A DNA stretch of 64,000 bases, from positions 21,962-85,961 of the IMG/VR virus record IMGVR_UViG_3300042883_000668; one strand, 5' to 3'. Below, one piece after another: positions 28,782 to 37,493 of the stretch. The stretch comes from a virus. Position numbers and translations under genes: made by a program. The notes under the pieces are model-generated. The model ran no database searches and was not told the origin of the DNA. It was given only the letters and a program-made list of their open reading frames with translations. Position 1 is the first letter of the stretch. Every line of letters starts with the position of its first letter.

Positions 28782-28983
28782 AGAAAGAGTAGACCAAATT
28801 GTTGAATCTAGTAATCAAAGAACAGAAAGAATGTTTCCAATATTGAATAAAATAGATAGGATTTGGAATCACCATTCAGATTTACAATTTTGTGAATTGG
28901 TTAAATTAATTGTTTTAGATAGTACTGACTTAGAATTTACTAAAAAATTAGATGAATATATAGATGACAATGGAATTAAATAA
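28771..28983 (+). CDS. hypothetical protein
   Basis: 70-aa ORF. Confidence 0.55.
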   Translation: MEYKERVDQIVESSNQRTERMFPILNKIDRIWNHHSDLQFCELVKLIVLDSTDLEFTKKLDEYIDDNGIK

Positions 28984-29791
28984 TTATACAATAGATGATT
29001 TTATTAAAATAGAACCTGTAATTTTTGAATATTGTGTAAACTTAACACAAAAGAAAACCTCCACTTCTTGGTATAGAGACGTAGCTGATGCTAAAGACCT
29101 ATATCAAGAGGTTTTCTTGTTTGTACATGATACTTATTTCAATAAGCCTAAAGAACCAACATATGAAGGTAGATTTATTCAAATAATGAAAAATGCTACA
29201 TATTGGGCTTATCATAAAAGAATTACTACAGCAAATTCAAGAATTTACAGAAGTTTGAATAGAATTGATGATTCACCTAAAGATTTATTTTTATTTGAAC
29301 AATCAAGTTATGAATCAGGTAAAACATACTTGAATTTTAAAGATAGTATTGACTATCAATATTACACTAAATCATTAGATCCAATAGAATTAAAAGCAGT
29401 AGAATTGTATTTACAAGGATACCCTATTAAAGAAATTGATGAAATGTGTAATAAGCGTAGAGGATTTTTTGAATATCTTATGAGATCTAAAGTAGCTAAA
29501 ATTGCAAAGAAAGATGTTGTTAAGCCATCTAAACCTATTAGAAAAATAGTTGAAAAAAAAATGAAACTAATAGAAGATGATGTTGCTTTTCTTAAAGCTA
29601 AAGTTAAAGATTATGATAAAATATTTACATCTAAAAGAATAAATGAAAAGAATATTAAATTATATTCATTATATTTGCAAGGTATTTGTCTTAAAGATAT
29701 AGGTAAAATATTTAAAAGATCTAAACATCAAGTTGCTGTAGAAATTTTTAGAATTAAACAAAAAATTAAAAAACATGGTACTGGAGAATAA
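28964..29791 (+). CDS. ECF sigma70-like protein with duplicated region-4 HTH
   Basis: DAKDLYQEVFL (region 2); LYLQGYPIKEI and LYLQGICLKDIG. Confidence 0.65.
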   Translation: MTMELNNYTIDDFIKIEPVIFEYCVNLTQKKTSTSWYRDVADAKDLYQEVFLFVHDTYFNKPKEPTYEGRFIQIMKNATYWAYHKRITTANSRIYRSLNRIDDSPKDLFLFEQSSYESGKTYLNFKDSIDYQYYTKSLDPIELKAVELYLQGYPIKEIDEMCNKRRGFFEYLMRSKVAKIAKKDVVKPSKPIRKIVEKKMKLIEDDVAFLKAKVKDYDKIFTSKRINEKNIKLYSLYLQGICLKDIGKIFKRSKHQVAVEIFRIKQKIKKHGTGE

Positions 29792-30143
29792 ACATGAATT
29801 AATTCCTTTAGAAGAAAAAATTGAACATATTAAAGAAACACTTAAATTTGATAATGGTAAACCTTGTATAAGTGATATACCTCAATTAAGTTTAATGTCT
29901 TTAGCTAAAGTGTTTAATTATGGAGCTATAAAATATAGTAAATTTAACTACTCCCATGGCACGGAGTGGTTAAGATACTATGATGCTGCTCAAAGACATA
30001 TGAATGCTTGGATGACTTGTGAAGATATAGATGAATCTACACATCATCATTTAGACCATGCAATAGCTAGTCTTATGATGTTAAGAGAAAATATCCACCT
30101 TGATAAAGGTGTTGATAACAGAAATCCAATATATAAAAAATAA
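29775..30143 (+). CDS. dATP/dGTP diphosphohydrolase-like (DUF5664) protein
   Basis: KFDNGKP, GAIKYSKFNY, AAQRH, HLDHA. Confidence 0.8.
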   Translation: MVLENKHELIPLEEKIEHIKETLKFDNGKPCISDIPQLSLMSLAKVFNYGAIKYSKFNYSHGTEWLRYYDAAQRHMNAWMTCEDIDESTHHHLDHAIASLMMLRENIHLDKGVDNRNPIYKK

Positions 30144-30144
30144 T

Positions 30145-31233
30145 ATGGTATTAAACAAAATACAAAAACCAATTTATGATTGGTTATTATCTAAAACTGG
30201 TTATCTTAAATGTAGTCCTAAAGTAGTTGCTAAGAATTATCCTAAAACAGTAGATATTAAGCATATAATTATTGCATTAGAGCAAGCTAGAATTGAAATT
30301 AAACGCAGAGAGTCTGCTAAATCTTTAGTTAAAAAAGTATCTTTAACACAACAAGTTGAAATACTTAAAAAATCTATGAATTTAGAAACTAGAGCACCTA
30401 AAGTTGTTAGAGATGGTACAGTTAAAATTACTAATGATTTTAAATTATCTAGACTTGCAATTAGAGGTCAAAGATACTTAACTCCAGGTATGTATATTGT
30501 ACTAGGTTGTGTGCATGCACCATTTCACTTAGCTCCAGCATTTAAAGCTGTTGAACAATTGTTACATGATAATAAATCTGAAATAGTTGGATTAGTGTTA
30601 GATGGTGATTTTGCAGATATAAATTCACTTAGCTCTCATGACAAAGGTAGAAAACCTATTCCAGGTGTTACATTAGATTGGGAATATACTGAGTCTGAAA
30701 TTTTATTAGATAGTTTATTAAATCCATTAGCTTCTAATATATCTAAAATATTTATTTATGGAAATCATGAAGATAGATATAACAGATATATGTCTGATAT
30801 TGATAATTCTAAATTAGGGGCAAGTTTAAAATCTCCAATAGAAGGTTTAAACTTAATATCTAAAGGGTTTGACATTTATGAAAATTGGAAAGAAGATTTT
30901 GTTACACTAGGTCATCATTTAGATGTATCACATGGAGAGTTTTATAACATACATTCAGCTAAAAAACATATAGATACTTATAGACGATCTATCTTATATT
31001 ATCATACTCATAGAGTACAACAATATATTGAAGGTGCTGTAGGTGGTTATAATGGTGGTTCTATGGCAGATTTTAGTGCACCTGTATTTGGATATGCTTC
31101 AAGAGCTATGAAAAATAGTTGGCTTAATGGATTTAACACTGTTCATGTAGATGAACAAGGATTTTATCACATTCAACAGATAGTTTGTTATAACAATAGC
31201 TTTGTATTTGGTAATAAAGTTTACAAGTATTAA
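30145..31233 (+). CDS. calcineurin-like metallophosphoesterase
   Basis: CVHAP, DGDFAD, GNHEDR, SHG, HTHR; ATG 30145 preferred over 30100. Confidence 0.8.
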   Translation: MVLNKIQKPIYDWLLSKTGYLKCSPKVVAKNYPKTVDIKHIIIALEQARIEIKRRESAKSLVKKVSLTQQVEILKKSMNLETRAPKVVRDGTVKITNDFKLSRLAIRGQRYLTPGMYIVLGCVHAPFHLAPAFKAVEQLLHDNKSEIVGLVLDGDFADINSLSSHDKGRKPIPGVTLDWEYTESEILLDSLLNPLASNISKIFIYGNHEDRYNRYMSDIDNSKLGASLKSPIEGLNLISKGFDIYENWKEDFVTLGHHLDVSHGEFYNIHSAKKHIDTYRRSILYYHTHRVQQYIEGAVGGYNGGSMADFSAPVFGYASRAMKNSWLNGFNTVHVDEQGFYHIQQIVCYNNSFVFGNKVYKY

Positions 31234-31396
31234 AAAACATTGTACCAACAACCTCTGAATATGTTCAAAGTTGAGTGCCTTAGATGCAACTCGAGTGCAG
31301 GTCTAAGTAGCTATATAAGATTGATTATTTTTTATCAGTGTTTATATTAATCCAGAAAGCTAAAGTCGTCTGGTTTATTTTATAAAAAAAATAATT

Positions 31397-31792
31397 ATGA
31401 TAAAAGGAACTAGAAATCAATTATATAATGTTAATAATGCCTCTCAAGGAGAAACTAAGAAAGTATTAACAGTATGTTCTGCAGGATTATTAAGATCTGC
31501 AACTCTTCAAAATATGCTTATTAAAGAATATGGATATAATGTTAGAAATTGTGGTACAGTAGAATCTTATGCATTAATACCTATTAGTGAAGCTTTAGTA
31601 AAGTGGGCTGATGAAATTGTATTTGTTAATATGGAAAACTTTAGAGATGTTAAAAAAGATATTGAAGAATTAGGATTATTAGATAAAACTTATGTTTTAG
31701 ATATTCCCGACATGTATGAATTTAATAATCCTGAATTATTAGAAATATGCAAAGAACAATATAATAATAAAACTTTAATTAAAAAAACATGA
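31397..31792 (+). CDS. low-molecular-weight protein tyrosine phosphatase-like protein
   Basis: VLTVCSAGLLRS (CX5R), WADEI, LDIPD. Confidence 0.85.
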   Translation: MIKGTRNQLYNVNNASQGETKKVLTVCSAGLLRSATLQNMLIKEYGYNVRNCGTVESYALIPISEALVKWADEIVFVNMENFRDVKKDIEELGLLDKTYVLDIPDMYEFNNPELLEICKEQYNNKTLIKKT

Positions 31793-32124
31793 GTGGAGGA
31801 CATTTTGAATACCAGCAACACAGAATCAATGATATACTTGAGTCAATTGAAGCACAAATTGATAGAAGTGGTAGAGCAAAAACCAAAGAAGAATTAAGAG
31901 AATGGGGTGGATATGATCCTGAATATTATGAAAAATATCCTGAAGAAAAATTCTATTATAAATATTCTGATGAAGTAATTAATGAATTTAAAATAGGTGT
32001 AAAAAAGCTTAAAGAAGCTTATATTTATGCTCAAAGAATAGATTGGTTATTGAGTGGTGATGATGGAGAAGAAACATTTTTAACAAGACTTAAAAAAGAA
32101 TTAAATGAAAATAAAAGTAAATAG
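31789..32124 (+). CDS. hypothetical phage protein
   Basis: MSGGHFEY...RIDWLLSGDDGEE. Confidence 0.7.
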   Translation: MSGGHFEYQQHRINDILESIEAQIDRSGRAKTKEELREWGGYDPEYYEKYPEEKFYYKYSDEVINEFKIGVKKLKEAYIYAQRIDWLLSGDDGEETFLTRLKKELNENKSK

Positions 32125-32392
32125 TGAAAAGTTTGTATCTATAGTTGTAGATTACATGTTGAGAGAATTTAATGCTAATTATGAATCAGTTAAAAAGAAA
32201 CCTAAAATTAAAAATGTAGATTGGTTTGAATACTATTGGGATAATCCTGAAAGTAAACAAGAATTTTTAGATTGGTTAAAAAAGTTTTTAAAAGCAAAAG
32301 TTAATTATAGTCCTTACAAAATTAATGATGTTGTATCTCAAATAGATTTAATGTGGGGTTTAAAAGTATATGAAGATGATGTTAAGAAATAG
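32105..32392 (+). CDS. hypothetical protein
   Basis: 95-aa ORF. Confidence 0.6.
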   Translation: MKIKVNSEKFVSIVVDYMLREFNANYESVKKKPKIKNVDWFEYYWDNPESKQEFLDWLKKFLKAKVNYSPYKINDVVSQIDLMWGLKVYEDDVKK

Positions 32393-32418
32393 TATAAAAT
32401 GTTAAATATGTTAAATTA

Positions 32419-32450
32419 TTAGTATTGTTGATGGTAATAATGTATATTTG
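32419..32450 (+). promoter_or_regulatory. Bacteroidota-type promoter for the LAGLIDADG gene
   Basis: TTAG-N20-TATATTTG then 3 nt then ATG. Confidence 0.6.
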
Positions 32451-32453
32451 TAT

Positions 32454-33260
32454 ATGAAATATACACTAGCACAACTTCAAAAAATAGAAGAGTTGTATTT
32501 GCAACAATATACAGCTAGAGAAATTGCAATATTATTAAATATTAATGTTGGAATTATTTTTAAACAAATAAAAAAAGCAGGAATTTCAAGACCTATTTCC
32601 GAAGCAAAAAGAAAATATACAATTAATGAAAATTTATTTAAAAACATTGATTGTTATTGGAAAGCTTATTTTTTAGGTTGGATGTATTCTGACGGTAATA
32701 TTTATTTAGGAGCAAAAAGAAATTCTGCATCATTATGTTTATCAGAAAAAGATAAAATTGTTTTAGATTATTTTAATAATAAAATCTATAATAATTTAAA
32801 ACCTTTAAATTATAGAAAAAGTAGATATAAAAAAGATACTTTATATTTTTGTAGTCCTCTATATAGATTAACAATTGATTCTAAAATAATATGTAATGAT
32901 TTAATTTTACAAGGAGTTCTTCCAAACAAATCTAAAATAATTGAATCTCCTTTATATTTAAAAGAAGATTTTTTCCCTGCTTTTATTCAAGGTGTATTTG
33001 AAGGTGATGGTTGTATTAAGCAAAATCGAACAATAGCTAATAAAACTATTGAAATATTATCTGCATCTAAACCTTTTTTAATTTGGTTACAAAAAGTATT
33101 ACAAAATAATTACAATATAGTTATGGATATTAGAAATCAAACACCTACATTATATATATTAAAAACATCAAGAAAAGAAACAATAATGCAATTTAAAGAT
33201 TTACTTTATACTAACGCAGAATTTAAACTAAAAAGAAAATATGAAAAATTTAATTATTAA
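32454..33260 (+). CDS. free-standing LAGLIDADG homing endonuclease with N-terminal HTH
   Basis: YFLGWMYSDG and FIQGVFEGDG motifs. Confidence 0.88.
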   Translation: MKYTLAQLQKIEELYLQQYTAREIAILLNINVGIIFKQIKKAGISRPISEAKRKYTINENLFKNIDCYWKAYFLGWMYSDGNIYLGAKRNSASLCLSEKDKIVLDYFNNKIYNNLKPLNYRKSRYKKDTLYFCSPLYRLTIDSKIICNDLILQGVLPNKSKIIESPLYLKEDFFPAFIQGVFEGDGCIKQNRTIANKTIEILSASKPFLIWLQKVLQNNYNIVMDIRNQTPTLYILKTSRKETIMQFKDLLYTNAEFKLKRKYEKFNY

Positions 33261-33654
33261 AAACTATCTTTTAAATAGTATACAAACACCAGATGGTACA
33301 ATATTAACTAGTACTCATCGTCATGACTATAAAACATATAAAGATAAAAACGGAGAAGAGTACATGGTGGATGGGGGTAATTCCTATTTACGAAGAAATA
33401 TTAATATTGAACCTTATATAGATTTATCAATAGAAGATGATGGTACACATGAACTTAGAAGGCAATATCTTACATGGGGTAAAAACTATGATAAAGATAT
33501 GAATAGATTACCTGAAACAATCTATAGTCCAATTAAAGATATGACTTCTGATCATATTCAAGCAATATTAGATGGTAATTATGCTAAAAATAATCCTTTT
33601 TATGAAGAATTATTTAAAGAAGAATTAATTTTTAGAATTAAAGATTCAGTATAA
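33241..33654 (+). CDS. conserved hypothetical phage protein
   Basis: S.HRHDY...VDGG..YLRR. Confidence 0.7.
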   Translation: MKNLIIKNYLLNSIQTPDGTILTSTHRHDYKTYKDKNGEEYMVDGGNSYLRRNINIEPYIDLSIEDDGTHELRRQYLTWGKNYDKDMNRLPETIYSPIKDMTSDHIQAILDGNYAKNNPFYEELFKEELIFRIKDSV

Positions 33655-33854
33655 TGGAAAGACAAGAAGGATATTATTGGGTTAAAATAGTAAATAGAGA
33701 TAAACATGAAATAGTTTATTTTCAAATAAATCAAAAAATGAGTAGAATATCTACAAGTTGGTATTTAGTTGGTGATGAAAGATGTTATTTTGAATCAGAT
33801 TTTGAACACATTAATGAAAATAAAATTAAAGAACCTGGTGAATTACCAGATTAA
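33654..33854 (+). CDS. hypothetical protein
   Basis: 66-aa ORF. Confidence 0.6.
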   Translation: MERQEGYYWVKIVNRDKHEIVYFQINQKMSRISTSWYLVGDERCYFESDFEHINENKIKEPGELPD

Positions 33855-33857
33855 ATT

Positions 33858-33896
33858 AAAAAGTCCCCTAGAGTTTTTCTAGAGGACTTTTTTTTA
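33858..33896. terminator. bidirectional intrinsic terminator between convergent modules
   Basis: AAAAAGTCCCCTAGA...TCTAGAGGACTTTTTTTT. Confidence 0.8.
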
Positions 33897-33909
33897 TTCA
33901 CCGCAATAT

Positions 33910-36900
33910 TTATTTAATTTTTTCTACATATTTTTTCTCATTAAATAACTCAGGTACATTTTGCCCTAATTGGTTATATCCTGGTATTACTTGACCTAAA
34001 CTTCTATAGAATTTATTTTCTCCTTTATGTGCACCAGATTTAACTTCATACTCTCCACCATATGCAAAATAAGGTATATAAGTTGCAACATCTACTAATT
34101 GACCAACTAATTTTGTTAAAGCAAAAGGATTTTTTACAAAAGAAATAACATTTTTAGGATTAGAAAGAAATAATATATCATTAGATGTTTTATCTAATTG
34201 ATCCATAAGAAATTTATAAGTAGCAGTCTTTTTACGTTTATCATCATCATCATCCATACCCATAGCTATTGCTGTAAGATTTATTGCTGTAAAAATAACA
34301 ATTTCTGTCATAGTTTTTCTTAAATTGTAAATTTCCATTTCAGATAATTCACCTTTATTAAATCTTTCTACAGATTTTTTAAGACTCATAGTTAACTTTA
34401 TAAAAGTTATCCATCTACCTTCTGTTTCAACCATTAACCTATCATTATATTGCTTACGACCTAATCTAGTTTCAACAGCAGCAGGAATCCATTTCTTAAA
34501 TTGAAAAGCCATTCTAAATAAAACATTTTGATTTAATATAGCAGCATCTCTAGTAGAATATCTACCATGAATTTGTTCATTAACTCCCATAATTCTAGTA
34601 GAGTTTCTTAACATATAATCTTTAAATTCTTCTTGAGTACCAAAGTGTTTTAAATGTTCAGGTTTAAGTTCACCTTTATCATCTAACATTTCCCATAAAC
34701 TAGTTTTACCATCTGGTTTAGTATGAAGCATCATTGCAATCATAGTTCTAGTTTGTAAAAAAACTTCACCTGATTTTTGAGGTAAATATATAAAGTTTTT
34801 TAATTTTTCACCAGTTAATCCATAAAAACCTTGTCTAATACTTACATTAGAAGCATATTCATAATCTGTTAATTCTTGAAGCATTGGATATTTTTCAATT
34901 AACATTCTTGTTTTAGAATCTTTTTTATTTATTTGAGCAATAAATATTCCTCCTGCTTTATTTAAATCACTAAGATTAAAAAATCTACCACCTGCAGCTT
35001 CAATAACATTACCTATTTCACCTACAGCTAAGTTGGTAAATGCAGTAATAGGATTTAAACCAATCCTAAGTAAACTATTCCACTTTAAACCAAAGTCAGC
35101 TAATTCACCCATTTTAATATATTTCTTACCTATTTCTTCACCAGTTTTTTCATCATATATTGTACCAATAGTTAATTCATCTACACCTTTTGTTTTTTTA
35201 CCTAAAATTTGCATTTCAATAAATTTATCAACCATATTATAAATATTAGAATCTTCACCTTCAACAGCTTTTCCTCTTTTATGAGGATTAATAAATGTAT
35301 TATCTGCTAAACTACGTTGTAATAATCTAGTTTGTGGTAATATATCAGATAAATTTTCATGTTCAATAGCCATTGCTGCAAACTTAAATAAGCTTTCACC
35401 TAAATCTCTTGATTTTTCTTCACCTGTTAATTTACTAATATATTTTAAAGAAATAACATCTCTTTCTAAAGATTCATCTTTAATAAGATCATCTTTTGTA
35501 ATTCTATATACTTGCATTCCAGTAATATATTTAGCTAAAAACTTTAACTTACCTGTAAATCCTTCAGCTTTAGCAATATCGACTAATGATGTTGCATATA
35601 AATTAGGAATAAAATCTTCAGGATTTATTCTTTCAGTTTGTTCATTATCTGGAAGTCTTTCTAAAGATTGTTTAATTGTTTCTTGATAAAACTTATAGAA
35701 ATTAGCTAATTCTTCATTACCTTTTTTAAATATAGTTTCATAATTAGGATTGACATATTTAGCAGGATTAATTGGTACATGTCTATTAGTTGCACTATCC
35801 CATTTAGCAAAATTTAAATATAATTTATCTTTAGCTTTTAAAGAAGCATTTAACTTTTCATAAAACTCTGTAGTATAAGGTCTAGTTAACACGGTAGTAT
35901 TATTTAAATCTTGTATAAATAAATCATATACTTGTTTTATATTCATATTATGACCTTTAGCATAAACTTTTAAACCTTCAGTATATGCTTTTATTTTTTC
36001 ATAAATAGCACCTTGTTCACCAGATATTTTAATTTGTGTAGTTTTAATTAACATACCAATAGTTCTAGCAATTCTATTATCAGAATTAGCTAAAGCTCCA
36101 GTCATCATATTTAAATAACTAATATCTCTTTTATCAGTTTGTAATTCATCATAAGATAAATCTTCTTTCTTATTAGAAGTTGCATCTACAGAAGTTTTAA
36201 CAATATGTTGCATTACATAAGTATATCTTTTTCTAAGATTATTAACTCTTTCAGGAATACCTTCTTCAGATAATTCATATAAACTATCTAATTTTTCTAA
36301 TAACTCAGAAACAACTTTAACACTAGCTTCTCTATTACCTTTTTCATAAGCTCTAATTAATGCTTCAATGTTATCTAATTCCATATTAGCTAATGCATAT
36401 AAATAAGCTTTGTTTTTAGTAGTTTCATACTTAGATAACATATCTCTCATAGAAACTTCCATTGCTTTAAACCTTTCATACTGTTCAGTTCCAGGTTTAT
36501 ATTTTTTAACAGCAGCTTTAACTCTACCAATACTTCTTTTTAAATTAACTATTTGATTTTTATACTCATTAGCTGATTTAGATTTTTCAAATTCTGCTTT
36601 TTTTTCAGCTTCAGTATAACTCATTTGAGCAGTAGCATCTAACTTTAAAATTTGATAAACATAAGCTGGTTTTTTATTATCAAAGAAATCTTTAATATGT
36701 TGAAGTTTAAGTTCTTCATCAGTAAATTTCTTTTTTAAATAAGCAATATTACCAATATCAGAAGCTTGAGATAAATTAGGATTAACTAATGTTAATTGAT
36801 AAAAAAACTTACCAAACTTATAAACACCAGAAGGATATTTCTTTTGTCTAATAGTTATAGTTTTACTTCTATCTTCTAACTTTGGTAAATTAGAATTTTG

Positions 36901-37110
36901 CATAGGAAATCCTTTACTAGATACAAAACTTCCTGTAGAAGGAGTATTTTCAATATCTTTAATTGATTTTAAATCATTTATATTAGGAAAAGAATCTAAT
37001 CCATTAACTTTTTGCCATAAAGCAATTTTAGCTTTAAGTAGTGGTTCAGACATTTTACTTAATAGTAATAAATGTTTAAACTCTTGTGATGATGTATTTA
37101 TACACGACAT
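33910..37110 (-). CDS. large virion-associated (probably ejected) protein
   Basis: 1066 aa, helical, downstream of RNAP gene as in crAss-like phages. Confidence 0.65.
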   Translation of the reverse strand: MSCINTSSQEFKHLLLLSKMSEPLLKAKIALWQKVNGLDSFPNINDLKSIKDIENTPSTGSFVSSKGFPMQNSNLPKLEDRSKTITIRQKKYPSGVYKFGKFFYQLTLVNPNLSQASDIGNIAYLKKKFTDEELKLQHIKDFFDNKKPAYVYQILKLDATAQMSYTEAEKKAEFEKSKSANEYKNQIVNLKRSIGRVKAAVKKYKPGTEQYERFKAMEVSMRDMLSKYETTKNKAYLYALANMELDNIEALIRAYEKGNREASVKVVSELLEKLDSLYELSEEGIPERVNNLRKRYTYVMQHIVKTSVDATSNKKEDLSYDELQTDKRDISYLNMMTGALANSDNRIARTIGMLIKTTQIKISGEQGAIYEKIKAYTEGLKVYAKGHNMNIKQVYDLFIQDLNNTTVLTRPYTTEFYEKLNASLKAKDKLYLNFAKWDSATNRHVPINPAKYVNPNYETIFKKGNEELANFYKFYQETIKQSLERLPDNEQTERINPEDFIPNLYATSLVDIAKAEGFTGKLKFLAKYITGMQVYRITKDDLIKDESLERDVISLKYISKLTGEEKSRDLGESLFKFAAMAIEHENLSDILPQTRLLQRSLADNTFINPHKRGKAVEGEDSNIYNMVDKFIEMQILGKKTKGVDELTIGTIYDEKTGEEIGKKYIKMGELADFGLKWNSLLRIGLNPITAFTNLAVGEIGNVIEAAGGRFFNLSDLNKAGGIFIAQINKKDSKTRMLIEKYPMLQELTDYEYASNVSIRQGFYGLTGEKLKNFIYLPQKSGEVFLQTRTMIAMMLHTKPDGKTSLWEMLDDKGELKPEHLKHFGTQEEFKDYMLRNSTRIMGVNEQIHGRYSTRDAAILNQNVLFRMAFQFKKWIPAAVETRLGRKQYNDRLMVETEGRWITFIKLTMSLKKSVERFNKGELSEMEIYNLRKTMTEIVIFTAINLTAIAMGMDDDDDKRKKTATYKFLMDQLDKTSNDILFLSNPKNVISFVKNPFALTKLVGQLVDVATYIPYFAYGGEYEVKSGAHKGENKFYRSLGQVIPGYNQLGQNVPELFNEKKYVEKIK

Positions 37111-37111
37111 A

Positions 37112-37492
37112 TTAACAGTTGTTTTTAGATTGCCAAATTATCATTTCTTTTTCAGACTCAGAAGCATTATTCCATTCTTCAGGAGTTACTCCATACTCAT
37201 TAAACATATTAGACTTAGTTTTTTCTTCTTCTTCCTGATAATATTCTTCTTTAGTACCTTCAAGAGTTAACTCATATTTATAATATTCATCAATTAATGA
37301 TTGAGGTATTTTAATATTACTTAAATAAGTATCATCATTTTGTTTAAAAAAATCAACAACAGGTGTTTTAAACCTATTGTTAATTGTAGTTTTTAACTTT
37401 TCAATATATGATGGAGATCTGTTAATATAATTACCAGACATATCATTTATTTCTTTAGTTATATTTTCTTTAATTGTAATTGGACAAGGCAT
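37112..37492 (-). CDS. small acidic protein with Cys at both termini
   Basis: 126 aa, C3 and C126 only. Confidence 0.65.
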   Translation of the reverse strand: MPCPITIKENITKEINDMSGNYINRSPSYIEKLKTTINNRFKTPVVDFFKQNDDTYLSNIKIPQSLIDEYYKYELTLEGTKEEYYQEEEEKTKSNMFNEYGVTPEEWNNASESEKEMIIWQSKNNC

Positions 37493-37493
37493 A

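Noticed and set aside
32393-33260. LAGLIDADG gene as part of an intron or intein
   Set aside because: No group I core elements or intein termini in the flanks; neighbouring genes look intact and it has its own promoter
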